A stretch of 64,000 bases of DNA from Thermodesulfobacteriota bacterium (GCA_965202785.1 OZ241855.1:960001-1024000); one strand, 5' to 3'; shown: positions 47,905 to 58,877, counted from the first letter of the stretch. Notes: a model not told the origin generated them from the letters alone. A program made the numbers and translations.

Positions 47905-49077
47905 ATGTCATCATATGCATACAGTTCGCGCACCTCGCACTTTGTTCCGCCCAAGCAGTGGGCGAGCATGAGGGTCGCGAGGGAACTTGAGAGGAAAACG
48001 GGGAAAAAGATCATTCACTTTGAAAAGGGTGATTATCAGGGACCCGATTTTGATACGCCGGAGCATGTTCTTGACGCTACGGAGAAGGCGCTTAGAGACG
48101 GTTACGTAAGGTACGATCCAGGGCCGGGACTTCCCGAGCTTCGGGAGGCCATAGCGGAGAAGATGGGAGAGCGGGGAAGACCCACCGAACCCGACGAGGT
48201 CATAGTGACGGCGGGAGCTAAACACTCCCTTACGATGAACCTTCTTACCTTTCTTGAGGACGGGGACGAGGTGATATTTCCGAACCCGGGATATCCCCCC
48301 GATGAGGTATGGGCCAAGTACGCAAACGCGGTGATAAAGCACACCCCGCTTACAAAGCCCGACTGGCAGTTCGACGTTGAGAAGCTGGAAGAACTCATCA
48401 CCCCGAAAACAAAGCTCGTGATCATAAACACACCCCAGAGGCCGAACGGCCACCTAGTGGAGAACCCCCAGGAGATAGCCGCCATGCTTGAGCGCCATCC
48501 CCAAGTGATGATCATATCGGACGAGATATTCTCCCAGGTAACCTTTGGAAAGCCTCATCTCTCGATCTCCTCGATAGAGAGCATACGCGACAGGGTGATC
48601 TGCATAGACACGTTTTCAAAGACATGGGCGATGACGGGCTGGAGAATAGGTTGGACCGTGGCCCCGAGACCGGTTATCGAGCAGCTCTCGATATTCCTTC
48701 AGGACTCGATCACAAACGTGGCTGCGTTCATACAGAAAGCGGCGCACGCCGCGCTCACGGGACCGCAGGACTGGGTCGAGAACAAGCTAGTTCTGCTTGA
48801 GCAGAAAAGGGACCGCATGGTCGCCGGACTGAACAGCGTTCCGGGCATAACTTGCGATACCCCCGACGGAGCGTTTTACGCCTTTGCCGACATCTCGGGA
48901 ACGGGACTTACCTCTCAGGAGTTCACCGACAGGCTGGTTGAACGCGCGGCGGTCGCCGTGGTGGCCGGCACGGCTTTCGGTAGCCAGGGAGAGGGTTACG
49001 TGAGGGTCACCTACGCGTGTTCTGACGACGATATAGACGAAGGAATGAAGAGGATGAGGGAAGCGGATCTTTCCTGA
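47905..49077 (+). CDS. Class I/II PLP aminotransferase (aspartate aminotransferase-like)
   Basis: GLPELREAIA, ISDEIF, FSKTWAMTGWRIG. Confidence 0.92.
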   Translation: MSSYAYSSRTSHFVPPKQWASMRVARELERKTGKKIIHFEKGDYQGPDFDTPEHVLDATEKALRDGYVRYDPGPGLPELREAIAEKMGERGRPTEPDEVIVTAGAKHSLTMNLLTFLEDGDEVIFPNPGYPPDEVWAKYANAVIKHTPLTKPDWQFDVEKLEELITPKTKLVIINTPQRPNGHLVENPQEIAAMLERHPQVMIISDEIFSQVTFGKPHLSISSIESIRDRVICIDTFSKTWAMTGWRIGWTVAPRPVIEQLSIFLQDSITNVAAFIQKAAHAALTGPQDWVENKLVLLEQKRDRMVAGLNSVPGITCDTPDGAFYAFADISGTGLTSQEFTDRLVERAAVAVVAGTAFGSQGEGYVRVTYACSDDDIDEGMKRMREADLS

Positions 49078-49156
49078 ATCCATTAGTGTGTAGAAAGTTA
49101 GGCTTTTTATTTGACCTTGGGCCCGCGAGCCTGCGGGCTTGAGGAATTAACGGAAA

Positions 49157-49978
49157 TTGAGGTCGATATTTAAAAGAAAAAGTCTTTTTCCGGCCGGGGT
49201 TCTGCTTTTTCTGCTCCTCCTCGTTGCATGCGCCAAGGCCCCGATTACCAACAGGACGCAGTTTATACTGCTCCCCCAAGCCTTCGAAATGCAGCTTGGC
49301 GCAAGCGCGTACGCGAATCTGCTTGAGACCGAGAAGGTCTCGCGTGATGCGCACTACAACGGGGTCGTGAGGAGGGTCGGACAGCGCATAGCCGCAGTTT
49401 CCCACACCCCCAATCTCAAGTGGCAGTACACAGTTTTTGACAGCAAACAGGTAAACGCATTCGCGCTTCCCGGGGGGAAGATCGGGGTTTACACCGGGAT
49501 GATGCCCGTTGCCAAAACCGAGGCGGGACTCGCTACCGTGATGGCCCACGAGGTCGCCCACGCGACGGCGCGCCACGGAGGGGAGAGACTTACTCTCGGA
49601 ATTCTGCTCGAGATGAGTTCCGCAGCGCTCGCGTCGGCTATGAAGAAAAAGGACAAAAAAACCACAAGCAGGGTTCTTGCCGTCTACGGAGTGGGGACAA
49701 CGCTCGCGGTCGCCCTGCCGTTTTCAAGAAAGCAGGAATCGGAGGCCGACAGGATAGGTCTCATATACATGGCGAAAGCGGGATATGACCCGCGCGAGGC
49801 CATCCCCTTCTGGGAGAGGATGGGGGCTGCGGGACGGGGCGCTCCGCCCGAGTTTCTCTCTACCCACCCCGGGTACAGGACCAGGATAAAAAACATCCGC
49901 AAGTGGATGCCCGAGGCGCTCGAATACTACGAGGCGAGCCAGAAGGCTCCCAACAGGCACATCGTAATCGCCGAGTAA
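49157..49978 (+). CDS. M48-family metallopeptidase lipoprotein
   Basis: Lipobox LVAC, NAFALPGG, HEVAH, ESEAD, STHP. Confidence 0.92.
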   Translation: MRSIFKRKSLFPAGVLLFLLLLVACAKAPITNRTQFILLPQAFEMQLGASAYANLLETEKVSRDAHYNGVVRRVGQRIAAVSHTPNLKWQYTVFDSKQVNAFALPGGKIGVYTGMMPVAKTEAGLATVMAHEVAHATARHGGERLTLGILLEMSSAALASAMKKKDKKTTSRVLAVYGVGTTLAVALPFSRKQESEADRIGLIYMAKAGYDPREAIPFWERMGAAGRGAPPEFLSTHPGYRTRIKNIRKWMPEALEYYEASQKAPNRHIVIAE

Positions 49979-50022
49979 ACCGGGCACGCGCAAATGAAGG
50001 CACATTTCTTCTCGAATTCTTT

Positions 50023-50062
50023 TTTTACCCCTTTTTAATTGCTTCTTAACACCCGCTTAACC
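50023..50062 (+). promoter_or_regulatory. Putative Pho box array upstream of pstS
   Basis: TTTTAC / TTTAAT / CTTAAC / CTTAAC starting at 50023, 50034, 50045, 50056 (11-bp period). Confidence 0.7.
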
Positions 50063-50128
50063 TTTCGGGGTTTAAATTAACTCAAATTGTTTGGTTTGCT
50101 TTTCACTATCTTAAGGAGGATTCTCGTA

Positions 50129-51121
50129 ATGAAGAATTTGAGTGTTAAATCGTGTTTTACGCTTTTTGCGATCGTTTGCGCGCTTGCTCTCGGTCCGGTC
50201 GCCTCTGCCCAGACGGTCACAGTTGACCAGGCCATACCTTCCTACACGAAGGTGACGGGTGTTTCGGGGAACATAGACAGCGTGGGTTCCGACACCATGA
50301 ACAACCTTATGACGTTCTGGTGCGAGGGATTCGCAAAGTTCTACCCCAACGTTAGATGCCAGATAGAGGGCAAGGGTTCGAGTACCGCTCCTCCGGCTCT
50401 GATAGCGGGGACTTCCCAGTTCGGACCCATGTCAAGAATGATGAAATCAAAGGAGGTTGACGAATTCGAAAAGCAGGCCGGCTACAAGCCGACCGCGGTT
50501 CCGACGTCGATTGACGCGCTTGCGGTTTACGTGAACAAGGATAACCCGATTGGCTGTCTCTCGATAAAGCAGGTAGACGCCATTTTCTCAAAGAACAGGA
50601 AATGCGGGGGTGGCTCCGATATTTCCACTTGGGGAACTGCGGGACTCGGTGGCGACTGGGCCGGGAAGCCGATAAGCGTCTACGGGCGAAACTCCGCGTC
50701 GGGCACCTACGGCTACTTCAAGAAGAAGGCGCTTTGCAAGGGCGACTACAAGGACACCGTTAAGGAGCAGCCCGGATCTTCCGCCGTCGTGCAGGGAATT
50801 ACCGAGGATCTTCAGGGAATCGGCTACAGCGGCATCGGATACAAAACATCCGGGGTAAAAGCGATCGAGCTTGCCAAGACTGTCGAGAAGGGTTGCTTCG
50901 GACCCGATCTTGCAAACGTAGTCAGCGGGAGCTATCCGCTCGGAAGGTACCTCTTTCTCTACGTTAACAAGAAGCCGAACGAAGCTCTTGATCCGCTTCG
51001 CCTCGAGTTCCTGAAGTACGTTCTTAGCCGGCAGGGACAGGAAATAGTCATAAAAGACGGATATCTGCCCTTGACCGCTGAGAAGGTTTCCGAGTTAAGA
51101 GTTCTTATAGGTGCGAAGTAG
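50129..51121 (+). CDS. pstS: Phosphate ABC transporter substrate-binding protein
   Basis: GSDTM, GKGSSTA, GRNSASGTY; AAGGAGG RBS; heads the pst operon. Confidence 0.95.
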   Translation: MKNLSVKSCFTLFAIVCALALGPVASAQTVTVDQAIPSYTKVTGVSGNIDSVGSDTMNNLMTFWCEGFAKFYPNVRCQIEGKGSSTAPPALIAGTSQFGPMSRMMKSKEVDEFEKQAGYKPTAVPTSIDALAVYVNKDNPIGCLSIKQVDAIFSKNRKCGGGSDISTWGTAGLGGDWAGKPISVYGRNSASGTYGYFKKKALCKGDYKDTVKEQPGSSAVVQGITEDLQGIGYSGIGYKTSGVKAIELAKTVEKGCFGPDLANVVSGSYPLGRYLFLYVNKKPNEALDPLRLEFLKYVLSRQGQEIVIKDGYLPLTAEKVSELRVLIGAK

Positions 51122-51141
51122 GTATACTATTATGGTTCCTT

Positions 51142-51180
51142 ACGCGGACGGATCCGGAAGTGTTTCGGGTCCGCCTACGT
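51142..51180 (+). other. Intergenic stem-loop between pstS and pstC
   Basis: cggatccggaa-gtg-tttcgggtccg hairpin with G-U pairs. Confidence 0.5.
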
Positions 51181-51257
51181 TTGGCCGTTTACCCCGGGGA
51201 GGTCGGATCTTAGGCCGTCTTTTTCGCATCTGATATCCCAGATGCAAGGTAACTTCA

Positions 51258-53552
51258 TTGTCAAGCGATAAAACTGACGAACTCGGAATCGAAGAGAGTT
51301 CAAAGCAGAAGCAGATACGGAGAAGAAAGCTCTACGATAGGCTGGCGAGACGCGTGGTATTTGTCGGCGGTGCGGGAATCATCTTCTGTATCATAGCCAT
51401 ACTTTTTTTCATAGGGATCGAGACCGTTCCTCTGTGGAAAAGTCCCGGGAAAAAGCTCGAAAGCGTTTCGGAAATGAAGGACCGTCTGGGCTCCGCGGCG
51501 GTCGCCGACAGAGTACGTATTTTCGATGTAGGAGTGGATGAGTACAGAGAGCAGTTTTTCACGGTAGACTCTCTCGGGTCGGTACGCTTTTTCACCCTCG
51601 AAGAAGAACCTAAGCTTATTAAGGCCCACACGGTCTCTCACGAGACAACAGGTTACACATCTTTTTACAACTCCCGAAGCAACACGTCCTATGCGATTGC
51701 CGACAGGGAAGGTTACGTGGTTCCGTTCGAGGTGAGTTTCAGAGTCGAGTTCCGCGAGGGAACCGAAAGAACCGTAGTATCGAGGGTTACGGAGGGAGAG
51801 GCTCTCCGGATAACGGAAGAACCGATAGAAATCTTCGCCTATCAGAGTTCGCCCGAAACAGGAGCCCCCGTGGTTGTGGCCTACACGGCTTCCGGGCGCC
51901 TTCTTGCATACGCCGAGGTTGAGGAGGAAGGGTTTTTAGGCGAGAGCCAAACCGAGGTTTTTACGACCGATCTTGCCGGGGAGCTTGGAGGAGCGGTGGT
52001 CACCGGAGTGCAGGTCGATTCCGAAGCGGAGAACCTCTACGTCTCTACAGCAAACGGGAAGCTTTATCACTGGTCGCTTTCAGATCCCTCTTCTCCGGAA
52101 CTCAAATCCACGCTTGCGGCTACAGCGGATCCCGGGGTGGCAGTTACTGAAATAGGGTTCCTTCTGGGTCACCGTTCCCTCATTGTCGGTGACGCCGCGG
52201 GAAACGTGAGCGTGTGGTTTGAGACCACGGGCGGCGGCGGGGAAAGCAAACTTGCGAAGATACACGTTCTCCCCCCGCTTCCCGCTGCGGTTGACAGGTT
52301 TTCCGCGTCGCAGAGAGGAAGGGGCTTTCTGGCTTCCGATACTTCTGGAAACATAGCCCTCTACCAAGCCACTTCCGCCACGAAGCAGCTTGATTTTCCG
52401 GGCCGGGGAAAGCCTTACGCGGGGCTCAGCTTTTCTCCGAAGGCAAACGGGGTGGTGGCCGTAGATTCCGACATGGTGCTTTCAAGCTACTATCTTGACA
52501 ATCCGCACCCCGAGACGAATTTCCACACTCTTTTCGGAAAAGTATGGTATGAGGGCTACGACAAGCCCCGGTACGTGTGGCAGTCAACGGGGGGAACGGA
52601 CGAGTTCGAGCCCAAGTTCAGCCTGACACCGCTTGCCTACGGAACTCTGAAAGGCGCCATTTACACGATGATACTTTCTATTCCGCTTGCGGTCCTCGCG
52701 GCAATCTGCGTCTCGCAGTTCCTCCATCCCTCCATAAGGAATGTGGTGAAGCCCGTGATAGAGGTGATGGCGGCGCTTCCAAGCGTGGTGCTCGGTTTTC
52801 TCGCGGGTCTATGGCTTGCGCCGCTGCTTGAGAAAATCTTTGTTGCGACCCTGATAATGCCGTTTATTGTGATCAGTCTTACCCTTCTTGCGCTTTTCCT
52901 CTGGTACCGTCTTCCGTTCTCGCTCTCCGGGAGGTTCCGGGTGGGGGCTGAGCTTTTCACGCTTGTGGGTGTGATAGGGATCGCGGCTGCGCTTTCTCTG
53001 TGGTTAAACGGTCCGCTTGAGAGCCTTATTTTCGCAGGGGATTTCAGGGACTGGTTTTTCAGAATGTTCGATCTTCGCTACGACCAGAGAAACATGCTGG
53101 TCGTGGGATTCGCGATGGGCTTTACCGTGATCCCCATAATATTCACCATCTCCGAAGATGCGCTCTCAAGCGTTCCGAGGACTCTTTCTTCGGGATCTTT
53201 GGCCTTGGGAGCCAACAGGTGGCAGACGGCCATGAGGATAGTTGTGCCTGCCGCGAGCGCCGGAATATTCTCGGCCATCATGATAGGTTTCGGAAGAGCC
53301 GTGGGAGAGACGATGATCGTGCTCATGGCCACGGGGAACACCCCGGTTATGGACTGGAGCTTTTTTAACGGCTTCCGGGCGCTTTCTGCCAACATAGCGG
53401 TTGAGCTTCCCGAGGCTCCGCACGGGGGGACGCTCTACAGGGTGCTTTTCCTGACAGCGATTCTGCTGTTTGTGGTCACCTTTTTGCTTAATACCCTGGC
53501 GGAGATTCTCAGCCAGAGACTGAGGAGGAAGTACGCGCAGTCCGATGCCTAA
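51258..53552 (+). CDS. pstC: Phosphate ABC transporter permease with large periplasmic domain
   Basis: WQSTGGTDEFEPKFSL, ALPSVVLG, RAVGETMIVLMATGN. Confidence 0.92.
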   Translation: MSSDKTDELGIEESSKQKQIRRRKLYDRLARRVVFVGGAGIIFCIIAILFFIGIETVPLWKSPGKKLESVSEMKDRLGSAAVADRVRIFDVGVDEYREQFFTVDSLGSVRFFTLEEEPKLIKAHTVSHETTGYTSFYNSRSNTSYAIADREGYVVPFEVSFRVEFREGTERTVVSRVTEGEALRITEEPIEIFAYQSSPETGAPVVVAYTASGRLLAYAEVEEEGFLGESQTEVFTTDLAGELGGAVVTGVQVDSEAENLYVSTANGKLYHWSLSDPSSPELKSTLAATADPGVAVTEIGFLLGHRSLIVGDAAGNVSVWFETTGGGGESKLAKIHVLPPLPAAVDRFSASQRGRGFLASDTSGNIALYQATSATKQLDFPGRGKPYAGLSFSPKANGVVAVDSDMVLSSYYLDNPHPETNFHTLFGKVWYEGYDKPRYVWQSTGGTDEFEPKFSLTPLAYGTLKGAIYTMILSIPLAVLAAICVSQFLHPSIRNVVKPVIEVMAALPSVVLGFLAGLWLAPLLEKIFVATLIMPFIVISLTLLALFLWYRLPFSLSGRFRVGAELFTLVGVIGIAAALSLWLNGPLESLIFAGDFRDWFFRMFDLRYDQRNMLVVGFAMGFTVIPIIFTISEDALSSVPRTLSSGSLALGANRWQTAMRIVVPAASAGIFSAIMIGFGRAVGETMIVLMATGNTPVMDWSFFNGFRALSANIAVELPEAPHGGTLYRVLFLTAILLFVVTFLLNTLAEILSQRLRRKYAQSDA

Positions 53553-55161
53553 ACTCTGGAAAGCAGGCGACTCCTACATATGGATATCGGGACTTGCCCT
53601 CATGGTCACGCTAGTGATGATAGGGGGGCTTCTGTTCCTGATAGCCACAAAGGGTCTGGGCTCGATGTGGCCGGCGGACATAGGACGCTACGAGCTTAGA
53701 GACGGTTCTACTTACTTGGGGAAGTTTCGCGCGAGAGAATCCGTGCGGGGAGGGGACGGCGTGAGGGGCTCCGAGTTCCGCGTCAAGCTCAAGATAGGAA
53801 ACAGGGATGTCTACGGCCTTGACTTCAGGTGGATAGACGAGGCGGACATAGCGTCGCGCGACTATCCCAACGATGCGGTGGTCCTTGAGCGACGCGAGTG
53901 GGGAGATTACCACGGCTACTTAAAAGAGATAAGAAAAAACGGCGAAGTAATCCCGGGCGGGAATCCAGACGCTTTCTCGATGCTTCTGGGTCTGATACGC
54001 GACGCGAACAGGATACACGAGAGGATACTCAAGATAGAAAAAGGGGAGATAGGAGACATAAACTACGGAATCGAGCGGCAGCGTCTAAAGCTCCGCGGCC
54101 TTTCAGTGCGCGGCGAGGATAATCCGGCGAAGGAGGCCGAGTACCGCCTGAGAATAAGAGAGTACGAGCAGCGCTACGAGGCAAGCGAGTCGAAACTTGA
54201 AACACTCTATGCGGAGCTTTCGAGAAACGAGGTGGTGATGCTCTCAGCTGGTGGAGACGAGAAGGTAGTGCCGCTTGGAAAGATCGTCATGGCTCATCGC
54301 CCAAACGATATGGGATTTACGGCGAAAACCGGTTTTTACATAAAAAGATTCTGGGGATTTGTCTCCGATAACCCGAGGGAAGCCAATACTGAGGGTGGGA
54401 TATTCCCCGCCATTTTCGGCACGGTACTCATGGTGCTTATCATGAGCATAGTGGTCATGCCCTTCGGAATCGTAGCGGCGCTTTACCTGCGGGAATACGC
54501 CAGACAAGGAGTGATGGTGAGAGTAGTCAGAATATGCGTTAACAACCTTGCGGGTGTTCCCTCCATAGTGTTCGGGGTTTTCGGAGTGGGATTTTTTCTC
54601 TACGGAATAGGGGGCATAATCGACGCGGTGTTTTTCAAAGAGGCTCTCCCAAGCCCGACTTTTGGTACGGGAGGAATACTGTGGGCGTCGCTTACCCTCG
54701 CTCTCCTCACTGTTCCGGTGGTGATAGTTGCGACTGAGGAGGGACTCGCGGCAGTTCCGAGAAACATTAGGGAGGGGTCTCTTGCGCTCGGTGCCACAAA
54801 GTTCGAGACTATCTGGAAGGTTGTTATCCCGAGTGCGCTTCCGGCCATACTCACGGGTCTTATCCTCGCAGTCGCCCGGGCCACGGGGGAGGTGGCGCCA
54901 CTTATGATAACGGGGGTCGTTAAGCTTGCGCCTGATCTTCCCATAGACGGGCACTTTCCCTTTCTTCACCTTGAGAGAAAGTTCATGCATCTGGGATTCC
55001 ACATATACGATCTCGGCTTTCAGTCTCCAAACGCCGAGGCTGCGAAACCCATGGTTTTCATGACTGCATTTCTGCTCATACTGATAGTGGTTGTGCTTAA
55101 CATAACGGCGATAATAATAAGAAACAGGCTAAGGAAAAAATATGCGACTTCCGCGGTGTAG
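53545..55161 (+). CDS. pstA: Phosphate ABC transporter permease
   Basis: PREANTEGGIFPAI, LAGVPSIVFG, ARATGEVAPL. Confidence 0.93.
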   Translation: MPKLWKAGDSYIWISGLALMVTLVMIGGLLFLIATKGLGSMWPADIGRYELRDGSTYLGKFRARESVRGGDGVRGSEFRVKLKIGNRDVYGLDFRWIDEADIASRDYPNDAVVLERREWGDYHGYLKEIRKNGEVIPGGNPDAFSMLLGLIRDANRIHERILKIEKGEIGDINYGIERQRLKLRGLSVRGEDNPAKEAEYRLRIREYEQRYEASESKLETLYAELSRNEVVMLSAGGDEKVVPLGKIVMAHRPNDMGFTAKTGFYIKRFWGFVSDNPREANTEGGIFPAIFGTVLMVLIMSIVVMPFGIVAALYLREYARQGVMVRVVRICVNNLAGVPSIVFGVFGVGFFLYGIGGIIDAVFFKEALPSPTFGTGGILWASLTLALLTVPVVIVATEEGLAAVPRNIREGSLALGATKFETIWKVVIPSALPAILTGLILAVARATGEVAPLMITGVVKLAPDLPIDGHFPFLHLERKFMHLGFHIYDLGFQSPNAEAAKPMVFMTAFLLILIVVVLNITAIIIRNRLRKKYATSAV

Positions 55162-55179
55162 TTTAATAGTGTATAAGTA

Positions 55180-56055
55180 GTGGAGGAAGATTTAATGCTG
55201 TCTGGAGAACCGATGGAGAGACAAGAATTCAGAGCCCCGGAGACAAACGGATCCGTCCCGGCTCCCAAGGCCAAGAAACTGAAGAGGGTAAAGGCCGTCC
55301 CCCACCCTCTGGTTGAAGTTGAGGACCTGAATCTTTTTTACGGCAAAAAGCAGGCCCTTCAGGATATCAACATGAACATCCCGAAAAACCGGGTAACGGC
55401 TTTTATAGGCCCTTCGGGCTGCGGCAAATCCACTCTGCTTCGCTGCTTTAACCGCTTAAACGATCTCATTGATGACTGCAGGATCGAAGGGGAGATATCG
55501 ATTAACGGGAAAAGCATATTCGATTCCGATGTTGACATCACCGACCTTAGAAAAAGGGTCGGCATGGTGTTTCAGAAATCAAACCCGTTCCCGAAATCGA
55601 TCTACGAGAACGTTGCCTACGGGGCTAGGATAGCAGGGATCAACAAGAAATCCGTTCTTGACGATATCGTGGAGAAAAACCTCAAGCGCTCTGCCCTCTG
55701 GGACGAGGTAAGCGACAGGCTTAACGACAGCGCCATGAGTCTTTCGGGGGGTCAGCAGCAAAGACTCTGCATCGCAAGAGCCATAGCTGTGGAGCCGGAC
55801 GTGCTTTTGATGGATGAGCCGTGCTCGGCACTTGATCCCATAGCGACTGCTAAGATAGAGGACTTGGTTACGGAGCTTAAAAGCAAGTTCACCATAGTGA
55901 TCGTGACCCACAACATGCAGCAGGCCGCCCGCGTTTCGGATTACACGGCCTTTATGTACATAGGCGACATAGTGGAGTTTGATACCACGGAGAAGATATT
56001 CCTTAATCCCGCCAAAAAGCACACCGAGGACTACGTCTCGGGCAAGTTCGGCTAG
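55180..56055 (+). CDS. pstB: Phosphate ABC transporter ATPase
   Basis: [43 protein letters not shown]. Exact start uncertain. Confidence 0.97.
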   Translation: MEEDLMLSGEPMERQEFRAPETNGSVPAPKAKKLKRVKAVPHPLVEVEDLNLFYGKKQALQDINMNIPKNRVTAFIGPSGCGKSTLLRCFNRLNDLIDDCRIEGEISINGKSIFDSDVDITDLRKRVGMVFQKSNPFPKSIYENVAYGARIAGINKKSVLDDIVEKNLKRSALWDEVSDRLNDSAMSLSGGQQQRLCIARAIAVEPDVLLMDEPCSALDPIATAKIEDLVTELKSKFTIVIVTHNMQQAARVSDYTAFMYIGDIVEFDTTEKIFLNPAKKHTEDYVSGKFG

Positions 56056-56066
56056 GGGGTGTTCCA

Positions 56067-56747
56067 ATGAGGCGATCACGGATGATAAAGTACGAAGAGG
56101 AACTCACGCTCCTTAACAGGAAGCTGCTTGAGATGGCGTCGCTTGTCGAGAGCCGCATCGCGAAGAGCATGAAGGCTCTTCGGGAAGGGAACATGATTTT
56201 GGCTCAGGAAGTGATCAGCACCGACGAGCAGATAAACGCGATGGAGATCGAGATAGATAACCTCTGCGTGAAGATCCTGGCCCTTTACCAGCCCGAGGCC
56301 AAGGATCTTCGTACCGTCACCATGATAATGAAGGTTAACAACGATCTTGAGAGAATAGGGGATCACGCCTCTAGCATCTCGCGGATGGCCATCTTCATGT
56401 CCGACTACCCGCCTATAAAACCGCTTGTGGACATTCCGAAGATGGCGGACAAGGCAATGGAGATGCTGAGGGAAAGCCTTGACGCGTTTATAAGAAGAGA
56501 TGCGAAACTCGCCGTGGAGGTCTGTCGCAAAGACGACGAGGTCGATAACTACGAGCCCCAGATAGTTAGGGAGCTCATAACCTTCATAATGTCGGATCCC
56601 TCAACGCTTAACCGGGCTCTTCGCTATATCTACGTCGCAAGGCACCTTGAGAGGGTGGCGGATCTCGCGACGAACATAGCGGAGAACGCCTACTACATAG
56701 CTACCGGAGAGATGCTTAAGCACCAGCACACTTCGGAGATGAACTGA
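56067..56747 (+). CDS. phoU: Phosphate signalling protein
   Basis: QPEAKDLR, DLERIGDH, LERVADLATNIAE. Confidence 0.95.
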   Translation: MRRSRMIKYEEELTLLNRKLLEMASLVESRIAKSMKALREGNMILAQEVISTDEQINAMEIEIDNLCVKILALYQPEAKDLRTVTMIMKVNNDLERIGDHASSISRMAIFMSDYPPIKPLVDIPKMADKAMEMLRESLDAFIRRDAKLAVEVCRKDDEVDNYEPQIVRELITFIMSDPSTLNRALRYIYVARHLERVADLATNIAENAYYIATGEMLKHQHTSEMN

Positions 56748-56755
56748 CCGCCGTT

Positions 56756-58123
56756 TTACTGCTCGGTCCGTGGAAGCTCAACCGTAAAAGTGCTTCCCTC
56801 TCCTTCCGTGCTTCTAACTTCTATGGTTCCCCCGTGCTGTATGACTATGTGCTTCACTATGCTGAGGCCAAGCCCCGTCCCGCCTATTTCTCTTGAGCGG
56901 TTCTTATCCACCCTGTAGAACCTCTCGAATATCCTTTCTTGATGCTCGGGGGGAATTCCGATTCCGTTGTCTTCAACCTCTATGCGGAGGGTGCCGTTTA
57001 GGGTTGCGGCGCGTACAGACACCGAGCCATTTTGCGGGGTGTACTTGGCCGAGTTCTCAACAAGATTGATGATCATGCGCTCCACGAGGAATCTGTTTGC
57101 CCTGTAGGGGGGCATGCCGACCTCAATTTCAAGCGAGAGAGCGACTCTGTTTTTTGAGAAAAGAGAGCCAAGCGAGCCCACGGAGCGGACAATTGTTTCC
57201 TCTATGTCGATCTCTTCGTATCCTTTCCTTGAGTCCCGGGGGTCTGCCTCCCCGCTTTCAAGTTCCGAGAGCACCAGCAGGTCGGAGGCTATTGCTATCA
57301 GCCTGTCGGTGTTTTCCTCTATTATTTCGAGAAATTCCTTTTTCTCCTCGTCTGTGTCGTAGCTTTTGTCAAGGAGCGTTTCTATGTACCCCTTTATGGA
57401 CGTAAGCGGGGTTCTTAGCTCGTGGGAGACGTTCGCCACGAAATCCGCCTTTATCCGCTCAAGGTTCTTGAATTCCGTTATGTCGAAGATGACCACTATG
57501 ATTTCCCTGTAGCGGGGACTTACTCTGACGCTTACAAGATACGATCTTTCCTTGGGATAGAGAACGGAGATTTCCTGAGTAGCCGATTTCTTCTTTCGCT
57601 GCATGCGGGAGATGAGTCCCTGGAGGTCCGGGTTTCTTACGGTTTCCATGTAGGGGCGGCCGATTGCTGCGTCGTCTATCGTGAACATTTCCTTTGCGGC
57701 GTCGTTTACGAGCAGGAGGTTCTCTTCCCTTGATATCACTATAACCCCTTCCCTCATGGATTCGATTATGCTTTTGAGCTGGTTTCCCTCCCTCTCGGTT
57801 TCGCGCATCTGAAGGGAAATTCTCTCAGATAGCTCGCTTATGGAGATTGAGACTCCCGTTTCGAAGCCGCCTACCTTGCGCCCTGTCTTTCGGGCCTTTT
57901 TCTGTCGTTCCGGCAGAAGCTCAAGCGCCTTTGATATCCTCGAGAAGTCCTTTAGGACGTCTCTCTCGATGATACAGCAGAGGACGAATCCGAATACAAC
58001 GAATGCTGCTGTGTACGCGATGTAGCCTAGGGTCCCGCTGCCAGGGGAGAGCAGCACGGCAAGCAGCGCCGCGGCGGCGGCGAGGCAGAGCAGGTAGAGA
58101 AAATGTTTTCTGAATATCTTCAA
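56756..58123 (-). CDS. phoR: PAS sensor histidine kinase
   Basis: DFVANVSHELRTPLT, ERIFERFYRVDK, GGTGLGLSIVKH. Confidence 0.9.
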   Translation of the reverse strand: MKIFRKHFLYLLCLAAAAALLAVLLSPGSGTLGYIAYTAAFVVFGFVLCCIIERDVLKDFSRISKALELLPERQKKARKTGRKVGGFETGVSISISELSERISLQMRETEREGNQLKSIIESMREGVIVISREENLLLVNDAAKEMFTIDDAAIGRPYMETVRNPDLQGLISRMQRKKKSATQEISVLYPKERSYLVSVRVSPRYREIIVVIFDITEFKNLERIKADFVANVSHELRTPLTSIKGYIETLLDKSYDTDEEKKEFLEIIEENTDRLIAIASDLLVLSELESGEADPRDSRKGYEEIDIEETIVRSVGSLGSLFSKNRVALSLEIEVGMPPYRANRFLVERMIINLVENSAKYTPQNGSVSVRAATLNGTLRIEVEDNGIGIPPEHQERIFERFYRVDKNRSREIGGTGLGLSIVKHIVIQHGGTIEVRSTEGEGSTFTVELPRTEQ

Positions 58124-58818
58124 ACCGGTTGGATCTCTTCTAGCTTGTAACCGATTCCTCTAACGGTCTTTATCATCTTGCCGGCGGAACCGAGTTTTTC
58201 TCTCAGGTTTTTTATGTGAACGTCTATAGTCCTGTCAAAAACCACCCTTTCATCTCCCCAGAGGGTCTTTCTTTTGAGCAGCTGATCACGGGTGAACACC
58301 TTTCCCTCCGCCTCCCCCAGAGTCTCAAGTATTCTGAACTCGGTTGTGGTAAGCTCGATTTTCCGCGAGTCAACCGAAACCTCGTAGCTTGCCGGGTCTA
58401 TTCTGAGAGAGCCGATCCGAAGCGCCCCGTCCCCAGAATTTTTCATCGCATATCTTCTCAAGAGGCTTTTTACCCTGGCGACGAGCTCCCGGGTCCGGAA
58501 GGGCTTTACTATGTAGTCGTCGGCGCCGAGTTCAAGACCCACTACTACGTCGGCCTCGGTGGATTTTGCTGTGATCATTATTATAGGTATTGACTCCGTC
58601 GAGGGTTTGCTTTTAAGTATCCTGCAGAGTTCAAGGCCGTCCATGCCGGGGAGCATGATGTCGAGCAGCACGAGATCGGGCGGGACGGAATTTATGTAGA
58701 GCAGAAAGTCCTTTCCGCTCTGAAAGGGTTTTACCTGGTACCCCTCGCGCTTTAAGTGATGGGTTATCAGGTTAAGTATGTCCTTTTCGTCATCTACTAC
58801 CGCTATGAGTTTTCTCAT
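58120..58818 (-). CDS. phoB: OmpR-family response regulator
   Basis: VVDDE, LLDIMLPG, GADDYIVKPF, RTIDVHI, TVRGIGY; coupled to phoR. Confidence 0.88.
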   Translation of the reverse strand: MRKLIAVVDDEKDILNLITHHLKREGYQVKPFQSGKDFLLYINSVPPDLVLLDIMLPGMDGLELCRILKSKPSTESIPIIMITAKSTEADVVVGLELGADDYIVKPFRTRELVARVKSLLRRYAMKNSGDGALRIGSLRIDPASYEVSVDSRKIELTTTEFRILETLGEAEGKVFTRDQLLKRKTLWGDERVVFDRTIDVHIKNLREKLGSAGKMIKTVRGIGYKLEEIQPV

Positions 58819-58877
58819 CTGTGTTCCTTCTTAATTTACAGAATACAAATGCGTACATCAATTGCGTACCAAGGCCT

